A DNA stretch of 64,000 nt from an uncultured bacterium (GCA_964524145.1 CAZGCA010000010.1:13807-77806); one strand, 5' to 3'. Shown: positions 8,485-17,586, counted from the stretch's first letter. Program-made: numbers and translations. Notes: a model not told the origin generated them from the letters alone.

Positions 8485-9818
8485 TGCTCACCCCGCCAGA
8501 CTATATCGCCCGACCTGGAGTCGTGTCTGCCGCCGTCGTCGATCAGGTTCTGCCCGATACTGTACAGAAGAAAACCGTCATCTGAGGATTGGTACAGGTA
8601 CGGCTCGCCGGTAAACGGGTCGACCGGCAGCGACGTGCCGAGGTCCCGCGCAATGACATCGAGGCTTTCCGGATACGAGCTCGTTCGCGCGTGATGTTGT
8701 TCGATCAGGATACCCAACTGTATCAGGTCAAGCATGGCTTCGTGCCGCGCCTGCGCTTGGCAGCTCTGGGCAAACGCAGGCGCCAGAATACCTTTTGCCA
8801 TCCCGGTGCGCGGCAAGAGCCAGGGACCTCCTCCTCCCTCGATCCGGTTGAGTTCCGGCGCTGCCTCGTAGTACGGCAGTCCGGCTGCAGAGATCACCCG
8901 GCTCATCACTTCGATGTGCCCTCCCTTGTCCGCGTTCAGCCACGGTCTTAACGGAACACCAAGGATCCTGCCTGCAGTCCCTCCCGATATCTCGACGTCC
9001 GGGAATTGATCGAGCCCGAGATACAATTCACCGGCGAGCGATTCGGCGAACGCGTTGCGGCGGTCGGCATGATCAATTTGGCCCATGAGCTGACTGGTGA
9101 GTTCAGGGGACAGGTCGCCCCCGTCGAGAGAGTTCTGCACGGCGTCGCACATGGTCCCGTAGAGTGCGAAGCGCACGAGCTGCGAGATGAGCATAGGTTC
9201 CTGCGCCAGCGCGTCGCCGAGCTTCATTCCGGCGATGATGTCTTCGACAGCCTCAGAGTGGTTGCCTTCGCTCGCTTTAGTGACGGCATCAGCGCGCAGC
9301 AACCTGCAGCACGATCGCAATGTATCAAGATGCTGGAGGTCGACTGCAAAACCTTGCGACAAATCGAGCGCGGATAATGGCCCGCCGCGGTTCGCCATCC
9401 GCTGGATCTCGCCAACGAGATCCTGGTGATTGCCGAGGAACTCCGCCACGCGGCGCCGCTGTTCGTCGCTCCAGTCGTCCGGAGGGTCCTGGTAAGAAGA
9501 GTCGTAATCCGCCAACCCCTCAATCCGCTCGATCCGTTTGAACAGACGATCATATCCGGCGACGATCTCTGCCGCGTCTTCCGGGAACCCTTTGAATTCC
9601 GAGTCGTCCTGCGGCCCGAACTGCGGGACCGTCCCTGCTACACCGGAAAGCTCCGCTGTGAGTTGCTGGTACGCGTCTATCACGGCAGGTTTCTTGACTT
9701 TGGCAAGCTTAGCGGCAAGGTTTCGTTCCGTAAGAGCCAGAGACAGCACGTAGAGGGTCGCCAGGCAGCCGAAGACAACCAGAGCGATTACCCACCGGAG
9801 AGATGACTTCTTCTGCAT
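8481..9818 (-). CDS. GspG-like C-terminal domain protein, paralog 4, the first gene of the operon
   Basis: Same family: the N-terminus MQKKSSLRWVIALVVFGCLATLYVL is a signal anchor, and the C-terminus is PVDPFTGEPYLYQSSDDGFLLYSIGQNLIDDGGRHDSRSGDIVWRGEQ. Confidence 0.6.
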   Translation of the reverse strand: MQKKSSLRWVIALVVFGCLATLYVLSLALTERNLAAKLAKVKKPAVIDAYQQLTAELSGVAGTVPQFGPQDDSEFKGFPEDAAEIVAGYDRLFKRIERIEGLADYDSSYQDPPDDWSDEQRRRVAEFLGNHQDLVGEIQRMANRGGPLSALDLSQGFAVDLQHLDTLRSCCRLLRADAVTKASEGNHSEAVEDIIAGMKLGDALAQEPMLISQLVRFALYGTMCDAVQNSLDGGDLSPELTSQLMGQIDHADRRNAFAESLAGELYLGLDQFPDVEISGGTAGRILGVPLRPWLNADKGGHIEVMSRVISAAGLPYYEAAPELNRIEGGGGPWLLPRTGMAKGILAPAFAQSCQAQARHEAMLDLIQLGILIEQHHARTSSYPESLDVIARDLGTSLPVDPFTGEPYLYQSSDDGFLLYSIGQNLIDDGGRHDSRSGDIVWRGEQ

Positions 9819-10015
9819 CGTGCGCCTCCAACACTCCGTTCGGGAAGGACGTCCAGGACGCTTCTGTCACTAGGATTATACGCCCCCCAACGCTGAACGT
9901 TCAAAGGAATGACGCAGGTGTCGCGCAACGAAATGACACCGTCCGGGTGGCACAGGCTTCCAGCCTGTGTCTGAAGTCTGGGCTTGTCCATCCAATCGGC
10001 CAGACCAGACTCCCT

Positions 10016-10119
10016 GAAGCGGAGCAATTTGCATGGCCACCTCCCGTTCGTATGGTTCTTGGGCAAGATGCCCAAGCCACGGGGAAGATGCTCCCCGAAG
10101 GGGAGCAATTTGAATAGCC
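10016..10119. promoter_or_regulatory. Divergent intergenic region with two 23-bp direct repeats flanking an 8-bp perfect palindrome
   Basis: gaagcggagcaatttgcatggcc (10016-10038) and gaaggggagcaatttgaatagcc (10097-10119) are direct repeats. cttgggca-aga-tgcccaag (10057-10075) lies between them. The region sits between the paralog operon (minus) and the DUF2851 gene (plus). Confidence 0.3.
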
Positions 10120-10294
10120 GCAGGTGTAACCTGTGGAAACGATGCGAACAAGAGTATCAACCCTGAAAGGGTTGAACGTGGAAACCGCAAAGCGCGGATC
10201 GAAACGTCCGATCACACGGTTGATCGTCGTGCCGTGCCGTGGTAGCATGTGGTGGAAGAAACCGGTTTGGCAGAACGCTTATTGGGGAGGTGGG

Positions 10295-11851
10295 ATGGCG
10301 AGGGAGACGCCCGCACGGTTCTCGGACGCGTACCCGCACACGGTACGCCGCACGTTCCTTGTGAGGGAAGCCCCGACCGCTCGCGAGACGGGTCAGAGAC
10401 GGAATCTTCCCGAGAAGATCGTAAGCTGCCTCTGGTACGAGGGAAGGTTCAGCGGCCACGAGCTTGTCTGCGACGACGGGACGAAAGCCGAGGTGGTGTC
10501 GCCGGGCTGGTGGAACCTCGAGGGAGGACCGGATTTCCACGATGCCCAGATACGGTTCGTCACGCCGGGCGGCTCGCGACTGGTGACGGGCGACGTCGAG
10601 ATACATCTCACGGCAGGCGACTGGCGCGCTCACGGCCATCATACCGACCCGCGCTACGACAACGTGGCACTGATCGCGACGCTCTACGAGCCGCGACGCG
10701 TTCCGGCAGCGAAGAACAGCAAAGGCGACCGGCTGCGGCAGGTCTTTCTCGAAAAACAGTTTCTCGACCTGGTCAGGCGCGAGGCACGGCGTATCGATCC
10801 CGACGACTACCCGTATTCGCGGCCCGACAACGTCGGCCACTGCTGCTTGACGCTCGCGCAGTCCGGCACGGAACGTATCAAGCAGGTGCTCGATCTCGCG
10901 GGCGACTGGCGTATGGTGGCGAAATCCGAATCGTTTGCCGAGATGATAGCCGGCGACGGTCTCGACCAGACCTATTACGCGGGGATAATGCGGGCGCTCG
11001 GGTACAAAAGCTTCAAACGGGAGTTCGGTGAGCTTGCGTCGCGGGCGCCGTACGCGCTCCTTCGCGAACTTGGCCGTTCCGCCGGTGTCGCCGCCGATCC
11101 GGTGCTGACCATCCAATCCATTCTGTTCGGTGTGGCGGGTCTGACACCGAAACGCCTGAAAACGGAAAAGGACGATCTCCAGCTCGCCAGGCATGTTAGG
11201 GATATCCGGTCGAGCTGGCGTCAGCTGAAGAAGTACTTCTCCGACGCGGACAGTATGGACAGGGCTGCATGGTCCGGACGAGCCGTGAGGCCCGCAAACA
11301 CGCCCGCGAGACGTATTGCGGGCGCTGCGCACCTCCTTGCCCGGTTCGGTGACGTCGGCATCTCGCAGAAGATTATCGAGACCGTTCGCTCTTCCACCAA
11401 CAAACGCGGAGGCACGAAGGCGTTGCAGGACCTGTTCACGGTAGACGCGCCGGGCGATTACTGGACGTCGCACAGCAAGTGGGGCGGCGCGAGGCTCGGT
11501 CGTCCGCTGAAGCTCATCGGAAAGAGCCGCGCGCTCGCGATCATCGTCAACGCGGTAGTTCCTGCGACCCTTGCTCACGCCCGCCGGTCGAAGGACAGGG
11601 AACTCGAAACGAAGCTCTTTGAACTATACTCGGGGCTGCCGCGACTGCCTGCGAATTCCGTGACCCGGCTCATGACGCACAGGATATTCGGCATGCAGAC
11701 GAAATCGTCAGAAGATCCCGCCGCCTGCGATACAAGGAAGGTACTCTGCAACGCGCGTCGCGAACAGGGTCTCATCCAGCTGTTTAACGATTGGTGCTCG
11801 CAAAACCCCACCTGCGCGAACTGCGCCGTTCTGCCGTTGCTCTCAAACTGA
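10295..11851 (+). CDS. DUF2851-family protein
   Basis: CLWYEGRF...LVCDDGTKAEVVSPGWWNLEGGPDFHDAQIRF...GDVEIHLTAGDWRAHGHHTDPRYDNVALIATL follows the DUF2851 pattern (DG..V.V.PG..N...GPDF.A.I....GDVEIH...SDW..H.H..D..YDNV). The likely start is ATG 10295, preceded by GGGGAGGTGGG. The antisense ORF 10157..11578 is spurious. Confidence 0.6.
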   Translation: MARETPARFSDAYPHTVRRTFLVREAPTARETGQRRNLPEKIVSCLWYEGRFSGHELVCDDGTKAEVVSPGWWNLEGGPDFHDAQIRFVTPGGSRLVTGDVEIHLTAGDWRAHGHHTDPRYDNVALIATLYEPRRVPAAKNSKGDRLRQVFLEKQFLDLVRREARRIDPDDYPYSRPDNVGHCCLTLAQSGTERIKQVLDLAGDWRMVAKSESFAEMIAGDGLDQTYYAGIMRALGYKSFKREFGELASRAPYALLRELGRSAGVAADPVLTIQSILFGVAGLTPKRLKTEKDDLQLARHVRDIRSSWRQLKKYFSDADSMDRAAWSGRAVRPANTPARRIAGAAHLLARFGDVGISQKIIETVRSSTNKRGGTKALQDLFTVDAPGDYWTSHSKWGGARLGRPLKLIGKSRALAIIVNAVVPATLAHARRSKDRELETKLFELYSGLPRLPANSVTRLMTHRIFGMQTKSSEDPAACDTRKVLCNARREQGLIQLFNDWCSQNPTCANCAVLPLLSN

Positions 11852-11898
11852 ACTGCACCGATGGTTCCGGTAGAGCTGTGGTGAGAAATGCGGCTGAG

Positions 11899-13290
11899 TC
11901 AGTCGGAGCTGCTGTCCTGGAGCACCGGGTAGAACCACACGATACAGAGAGCCACCAGTCCGAACAGCGAACCGATGGGGCCGACGAGAAGGATTCCCAT
12001 AGGCGACTCGATCGAGTTGCCCCATATGTCCATCGGGATCGTGGCCACGTACACCGCCAGGGCCTGGCCACTCTTCCACGAGACGCCGCTGAGACCGCAA
12101 TAGATGCCTTCCCGGCGTTCGCCGGTGAGCCGTTCGTCCAGATCGATGATCTCTCCTATCAGAGGCATGTACAGCATGAACAGAGCGCCCTGGCCGACAC
12201 CGACCAGGCTGAACGCGGCCACACTCAGAAAGGTCTTGACCGTCGTCGAGCAGGGAAGCATTGAAATCACGTACAGCCCCGGCATCAGGATCGTGATAAG
12301 CGCCATGGCCATGAACAACAACCATTTGTTCGGTATCCGTTTCGAGAGCACGGGCATCAACGGGAGTGCCAGCAAGGCCGCGCCGACGAACGGGCCCATT
12401 AACAGCGACACCGTTGTTTCGTCGCCGCCAAGACTGACTTCAACCCAGTAAGGCAGCGTTTTCTGGACCGCCAGGAACCCGATATTGAAACATAGCGTGG
12501 CCGCGATCCACATGAGAAACACCCGGTTCTTGAGAGCCGCCAGCAGTTGGCCAAGCGGGGGCATCCTGGCCTCGTCCTGAACGGGCCGATGGCGTTCGCG
12601 CAACACCCATGCCGGCACCTGGAGCAGAAGCAGTGCGGACACGCACAGAATGATGGCCGTCCGCTGATACCCCAGGTTGGAATAGGTCGGCGGATCAACG
12701 TGGCGGGCCGGATCAAGTGCGTCGATCATGATTCCGGGCAGAACCGCCGTGCACGTTATCCCTATCATCATGCCCGCGGCAAGGTACGTCCCGAGCTTGA
12801 CCCGGTCTTCGCGTGACCGGGCGATCTCGGGTCCCAACGAGTTCAACGGCACCGAGTATATGGTCAGAAACAGCCAGTGCAGGCATATCACCGTCGCGCC
12901 ATAGAGAAAGTTCTGCCCGGATTCCCCTTGAACCGGGGGATACCAGAATGCGATGCCCGTGCCCGTCATCAGGATCGAGCCCCAGAAGATGAAGGGACGC
13001 CGGCGCCCGGCGATGGGCACGAGGCGGTACCAGCTCGGCCTAGTGCTGGTCCGGTCCGACCAGATCCCCACGAGCGGGTCGGTGATAGCGTCAAACACCA
13101 TCCCGATGAAGAAGATGGTGCCCACCGTAGACACCGCGACATAGATCGTGCGGCCGGCGTTCTGCGAAGGCGAGTAGAAGTATGCACCCCACTGGTGGAT
13201 GACCTCTCCTGACACCGCCATGCCGACCGCGGCTATGGCGAAGGTGAGCCCCTCAACCCACGAGAACTCCTTCTCAGATCGGTGCACCAT
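11899..13290 (-). CDS. MFS/GPH-family (glycoside-pentoside-hexuronide:cation symporter-like) sugar transporter
   Basis: About 12 hydrophobic segments. It carries the GPH signature FDAITDPLVGIWSDRT...GRRRPFIFWG. Confidence 0.7.
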   Translation of the reverse strand: MVHRSEKEFSWVEGLTFAIAAVGMAVSGEVIHQWGAYFYSPSQNAGRTIYVAVSTVGTIFFIGMVFDAITDPLVGIWSDRTSTRPSWYRLVPIAGRRRPFIFWGSILMTGTGIAFWYPPVQGESGQNFLYGATVICLHWLFLTIYSVPLNSLGPEIARSREDRVKLGTYLAAGMMIGITCTAVLPGIMIDALDPARHVDPPTYSNLGYQRTAIILCVSALLLLQVPAWVLRERHRPVQDEARMPPLGQLLAALKNRVFLMWIAATLCFNIGFLAVQKTLPYWVEVSLGGDETTVSLLMGPFVGAALLALPLMPVLSKRIPNKWLLFMAMALITILMPGLYVISMLPCSTTVKTFLSVAAFSLVGVGQGALFMLYMPLIGEIIDLDERLTGERREGIYCGLSGVSWKSGQALAVYVATIPMDIWGNSIESPMGILLVGPIGSLFGLVALCIVWFYPVLQDSSSD

Positions 13291-13419
13291 ACTCCTTCTG
13301 GACGAGCGTCGGACGCAGGGGCAACGTTAATAGAACCCTTCCCTCTTCTTGGTCGGGGGCTAATGGTATCATGGCGGCGCGGCAGCGTCAAATCGAGCCG
13401 CAAAGACCGGCTACCACGC

Positions 13420-13490
13420 ACTGGACGATGTTAGAACTCTGGCAGCGCCTCTCAGGTCCGCTGCTTAGTTGAAGCTCGATTGTCTTGTTC
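13420..13490. mobile_element. Short remnant of the IS transposase 3' coding end (copy F)
   Basis: gcactggacgatgttagaactctggcagcgcctctcagg...gcttagttgaagctcg is homologous to 17445-17500 and to the coding end of the 45905..46204 transposase fragment (ctggaagcgagaagagaactcgaggctgag). Confidence 0.4.
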
Positions 13491-13492
13491 GG

Positions 13493-14941
13493 TCAGACTT
13501 CTTCTACAACCTTCATTCCAGTCAGGTGGGCCAGGTGGCGGATCGTTCGTGTGTGGTCGCCGTAGTAGGCCACCCGATGCAAAGAGGCATAATAGTCCTT
13601 GGCGCTCGCGCCCAGCGCCCCACCGCCCCAGTTGTCCAGCAGCTTCCCTGCGTCATCTACCTCGGCGACGATTTCCGTCCGGCAACCCCGCTCTTTGCCT
13701 TTAGGAACCTCGGGGACTTCGATGATCTTCCCTGTAAACACCAACAGGGTGTCGAGGTGGACCAGCTTGGTGAAGGTGACTTTCTGTCCGATGCGATAAC
13801 GGACTTCGGTCACTGCACCACCACGGACCTCCGCATGCCGGCGAAGCAGGTAGGGCGACCTGGGACTCTCAGGACCTTCCATTCGCAACGGTGCCGAGCA
13901 GTGGGAGAGGTGAAACGCGTTCTTGGACGTATCCACACCCGCCGCATTGCCCAGGAAACCGGCCCGGTTCAGCGCGTGCTGGAAGATCAGCATTGTCAAG
14001 AGGCAGTCCATGTCCCCGTCGCAGGCGGCGGGGATCCCCCGGTCGTTAAGGCGCGAGAAGCCCAGGCATGGGAAACCGCGGTCGAGCCATCCCATGCACG
14101 TCCCGACGCATAATCCGTCAGCACGGTTCTCGGCGATCAACCGGTCCAGGGTCAGGCTTGCCCTGGCAGCCTTGACCACGTCTTCCCGGGCCGGTTCGAC
14201 GACACTCTCTGCCTCGTCGAGCCATGTTTTCGCCTCGGTTTCCGCGGCGGCAGCGTCCACCTTCGCCATGACCTGGTCATAACGCGCTTCGGCGATCTGC
14301 ACGAGTTCTACCCCCAGCCGATCTTTCACCTTATCCGGCGCGTAGGATTCGGGCGTGCCCTTGAACGGCGGAGAAACGAGTACTCGGCTTCGCCGCAACA
14401 GCGGAACCACCCTCAGCAGTGCCGCTGCCCGCTCCAGTTCGTTGTAGTCGGTGCTGTTAAAGAGCGTGATCCGGTGTCCCTCCTCGCGCCACGGTTTCAC
14501 GAGGCACCAGTCGTGCCCGCCAACGACAGGGAGGTGAAACAAGGCTACCGGTCGGTGCTGGTCGAAGATCGCCGGCATCACTCTTCTCGGGCCGAAGATG
14601 TCCGCGCTGATTGCCAGCACGGGAGCGTCGGGACCGGCTTTGTTAAGCAACTGAACAGTCTGCCCGGCATTATTCGCTTGGCCGACAACGAACTCGACGT
14701 TGCCAAGGTTCTTCTCTGCTGCGGTCAGGCGCTCGCGTACGGCCGCGATCTCCGCTTCTGACGGGGTCCAACTGCGTTCCCCCGGCTTGCCGGCAATAAT
14801 GGCGCAAATTCGGACCTTTGAATCAGTAGCGGACGCGGAACGCGACGCGTTGGCCCCGGCCGCCAAATGGCCCGTAGCCAGCGCTATCCCGCTCGCCACG
14901 CTTGCCTCTAGAAAATGCCGACGAGTGCAATGCGTACACAT
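13493..14941 (-). CDS. TAT-signal secreted protein of unknown function; weak resemblance to a sugar isomerase (FucI/AraA-like) catalytic region
   Basis: Twin-arginine motif TRRHFLEASVASGIALATG. The C-terminal block ACDGDMDCLLTMLIFQHALNRAGFLGNAAGVD...HLSHCSAPLRMEG is only loosely similar to sugar isomerases. Confidence 0.45.
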   Translation of the reverse strand: MCTHCTRRHFLEASVASGIALATGHLAAGANASRSASATDSKVRICAIIAGKPGERSWTPSEAEIAAVRERLTAAEKNLGNVEFVVGQANNAGQTVQLLNKAGPDAPVLAISADIFGPRRVMPAIFDQHRPVALFHLPVVGGHDWCLVKPWREEGHRITLFNSTDYNELERAAALLRVVPLLRRSRVLVSPPFKGTPESYAPDKVKDRLGVELVQIAEARYDQVMAKVDAAAAETEAKTWLDEAESVVEPAREDVVKAARASLTLDRLIAENRADGLCVGTCMGWLDRGFPCLGFSRLNDRGIPAACDGDMDCLLTMLIFQHALNRAGFLGNAAGVDTSKNAFHLSHCSAPLRMEGPESPRSPYLLRRHAEVRGGAVTEVRYRIGQKVTFTKLVHLDTLLVFTGKIIEVPEVPKGKERGCRTEIVAEVDDAGKLLDNWGGGALGASAKDYYASLHRVAYYGDHTRTIRHLAHLTGMKVVEEV

Positions 14942-15084
14942 AAATCATCCCTCCTTCTCTGTCACCGAACGGCGCGGACCAAGCGCGGTTATTTGTCGGC
15001 GCCGCCATCCGACTCTTCCCATTTGCACCTGTGCTTTGTAGAAGCGCACTATAGCGGGGCCGGGATTCCAACCCGCGACCTCTG

Positions 15085-15200
15085 GTTGGTAGAGATTCGG
15101 CTTCGTTCCCAGGTTAGCGGCCTTCCTTCAAACTAACGTTTGAGCCTTCAGTTTCGTTCGTGCTTCAAGTATCGCCTCCCTTCTTCCGTAGTATACATCA
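15085..15200. mobile_element. IS transposase 3'-end remnant (copy C), terminus truncated
   Basis: ggtagagattcggcttcgttcccaggttagcggccttccttcaaactaacg...agtatcgcctcccttcttccgtagtatacatc aligns with 25395-25525 and, in reverse complement, with 17480-17560. Confidence 0.5.
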
Positions 15201-15601
15201 GTATACATCGTCATGGATGACGTTGGAAAGTGCTTCGGAGTGGAACCAGAGTAGCAGCCTGTTGCATACCCCCCGCCTCTTGTGTCTAATCATACTCGGC
15301 ATACAACCGGATGTGGTGGGTGCAGTGAGAGTTGCGACAGCTAACTCCCCGTAGTGCGAACTCAGCGAAACATTGCCCGGGGATGGCTCGTGGTCCCGGT
15401 CTATCGAAACTTCTGTGACCGCAACGTGACATACACGGTGACACCTCCGAATGAGCAGCAAATGCAATAGAAACGGAACCACTCAGCAGGGAGGGAACCT
15501 CGGATCAAATGTGCGCAACTTGACACACACTACCCAACGGGTGCTACACTTTTACACCGCCACCGCCAAACCTAAACGTACGTACCTGAAAGGAAACGCA
15601 C

Positions 15602-16906
15602 TTGACAAACTCAAGGAACAAAACAGTCCTCTTTGTGTGTACGGGGAACGCGGGACGGAGCCAGATTGCCGAGGCCCTTTTCACTCCGTTGACAGCGAGC
15701 GATGTATACGTTATCAGTGCGGGCGTGGATCCGTGGCGGGACTTACACCCCGTTGCCGGATGTCTCCTCCAGGAAAGAGGCATAGAAACGAGCGGGCTTC
15801 ACCCAAAGCACGTGAAAGACTTCGTGGACACACCGGTCGATTGGGTAGTTACTATTGGTGACCGTGCGAGGAGTGAAACGCCGAGGGTGGGTGCGAATCC
15901 GACCCGCATTCATTGGGACATTTCCGATCCAGCGGATGCCGATGGGACTGGACGCGAGGATGCCGTATTCCGCGATACCCTCAAGGACATCGAGGACCGA
16001 CTGCCCTGTCTTCTCTCTCAGGTTGGGGATAGTCCGTCTGCGGTGGAATTGCATTTCGAGCCAGGAATATCCACCTGTGTTGTTCGGCCGAATCGGTTTC
16101 AGCCATCTAAGCATTTGGCCGCGATTGCCGCGGCCGGATTTAAATGTATTGAGCTGAACTGCTTTTGCGGTAGTGATGATTTCCCTTGGGACATGGCTTC
16201 CCAGGTGGACGAGTTGCGCCAGAGCTTGGTCGATACGGGGGTCCGCCTATACTCCGTTCATGCCGCAGGCGGAATCGGCGGGATGCGTGGAGGGCGATCC
16301 GAACGGCTATCCGTGGACTTGTGTAAAGCGTATGCTGACTTGGCGGCGGAGCTGGGGGCTCCCATAGTGACTATGCACGCGGGGTTGCCTCCTGATGGGG
16401 AAAAGGTTGCCGAGACAAGACAACTGCGCCGGTCCCTCGATGAACTTTGTCGTCATGTTCTGGGCATGCCCTGTAGGTATGCTTGGGAAAACATTCCCTG
16501 GCGACTGTCTGTAGCGGAACATTCTGAATGGATCCGTGAACTTGACCCAGGCGCATTCAGCTTTGTGCTCGATTGTGGGCACTCACACATTGATGGCACG
16601 ACCGAAGCGTATCTCGAAACCTGCCAGGGGCTCCTCTCCAACCTGCACCTTAATGACAACAATGGAAAGCATGACGAACACGAGATTCCCGGCGTCGGCA
16701 GTCTTCGGTGGAAGGAGTTCATGACACTGTTGGAAAGCAGTGGATACATTGGTCCGCTTATGCTGGAAATCGAGGCCCGAGAGCGCCAGGATTGTCTGCA
16801 TGCTGTACTCGCTGAAGCACACGCGTCGGTTGATTGGCTCAAGAGCCTTCAGCAACCGGGTTCGCCCCTAGCGGAGGCAGGATTCGAACCGCCGAAATTG
16901 GGATGA
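15602..16906 (+). CDS. Fusion protein: low-molecular-weight phosphotyrosine phosphatase/ArsC-like domain plus a xylose-isomerase-like TIM-barrel domain (sugar phosphate isomerase/epimerase)
   Basis: N-terminal VLFVCTGNAGRSQIAEALF (CX5R(S) P-loop of LMWPc/ArsC). The C-terminal roughly 280 aa carries an AP-endonuclease-2/xylose-isomerase-like TIM pattern (ELNCF..., VTMHAG, WENIP, LDCGHSHIDG, LHLNDNNGKHDEHEIPGVGSL). Confidence 0.6.
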   Translation: MTNSRNKTVLFVCTGNAGRSQIAEALFTPLTASDVYVISAGVDPWRDLHPVAGCLLQERGIETSGLHPKHVKDFVDTPVDWVVTIGDRARSETPRVGANPTRIHWDISDPADADGTGREDAVFRDTLKDIEDRLPCLLSQVGDSPSAVELHFEPGISTCVVRPNRFQPSKHLAAIAAAGFKCIELNCFCGSDDFPWDMASQVDELRQSLVDTGVRLYSVHAAGGIGGMRGGRSERLSVDLCKAYADLAAELGAPIVTMHAGLPPDGEKVAETRQLRRSLDELCRHVLGMPCRYAWENIPWRLSVAEHSEWIRELDPGAFSFVLDCGHSHIDGTTEAYLETCQGLLSNLHLNDNNGKHDEHEIPGVGSLRWKEFMTLLESSGYIGPLMLEIEARERQDCLHAVLAEAHASVDWLKSLQQPGSPLAEAGFEPPKLG

Positions 16907-16979
16907 ATGGCTCCCCGGATAGCGCATGCTGCGGCATCTCGGCTTCGCCTTGACAGCTTAAATCGCACCGCCGCGACAG

Positions 16980-17440
16980 GATGGTTAATCCCGCTGGGGC
17001 CGGGACTCTGTGTTGAGCGTCAGCTGGCCGAGCTCAAACAGAATGTGGAAAACTGGCTTGACTTGATCGGAAGCGGCACGGCGAGAAAGACCGGGTCAGC
17101 TGAGAGTCTGCTCGAGAAGATCGGACACGCCGAAAAGCAGGGTAAGCAAATCGAGCATGAGCTTATTGTGCTGGAGCTCGAACAGGGCGAACTTGAGAAG
17201 CAGGTCCTTAACGCGGAAGTCATGCAGGACTCGCTTATCCGGTTCCGAGACCTCTTTGATTTGGCTACCGATGAGGAAAAAGAGTACCTGTTCCAGTTGA
17301 TGATCGGGCGGATTATCTGGACTCCTGAGGGAATAAAGAAGGGCCTGTACGATCGACCGACCGATACAGGGCGCTTGTCCAAGCCTCATGATGTTAACCA
17401 GAACAGCGATTCTTCGCTGAGAACCGCAATATGCCTCCCC
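16980..17440 (+). pseudogene. C-terminal fragment of a large serine recombinase (coiled-coil and terminal helix), degenerate
   Basis: ORF 16907..17491 encodes a coiled-coil segment (LAELKQNVENWL...ELIVLELEQGELEKQV) followed by LFDLATDEEKEYLFQLMIGRIIWTPEG, the characteristic extreme C-terminus of large serine recombinases. There is no catalytic N-terminal domain. It abuts an IS remnant. Confidence 0.4.
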
Positions 17441-17444
17441 GCAC

Positions 17445-17586
17445 TGGACGATGTTAGAACTCTTGAGGTAGCACTCAGGAAGGTGGCTTAGTTCAAACGC
17501 TGGCTCGAAGGAAGGCTGCTCACCTGGGAACGAAGCCGAATCTCTACCCTAATTCGACCCGGCCACTGTCCCAAATGTTCTGAAGA
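17445..17586 (+). mobile_element. IS transposase 3'-end remnant with terminal repeat (copy D)
   Basis: ...cgaaggaaggctgctcacctgggaacgaagccgaatctctaccctaattcgacccggccactgtcccaaatgttctgaaga. The terminus gtcccaaatgttctgaaga is shared with the copies at 46189-46207 and, in reverse complement, 25366-25384. Confidence 0.55.

Noticed and set aside
10157-11578. Long antisense ORF (473 aa) opposite the DUF2851 gene; similar long antisense ORFs lie at 25991..26950, 27080..28120, 30742..31878, 35660..36486, 42650..44086, 46384..47658, 49680..50996 and 51776..52576
   Set aside because: These are high-GC genomes, which generate long spurious antisense ORFs. The proteins are Arg/Pro/Gly-rich low-complexity sequences with no motifs, and each is fully contained in a well-supported gene on the other strand.
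15040-15100. A tRNA-like 3' half (AGGTCGCGGGTTGGAATCCCGGCCCCGC in reverse complement) that could mark an integration site
   Set aside because: The T-loop has G instead of the universal C56, and no acceptor, D-arm or anticodon arm can be folded on either strand. The segment aligns instead with the IS-end remnant family (ggtagagattcggc...cccag) found at five other places.
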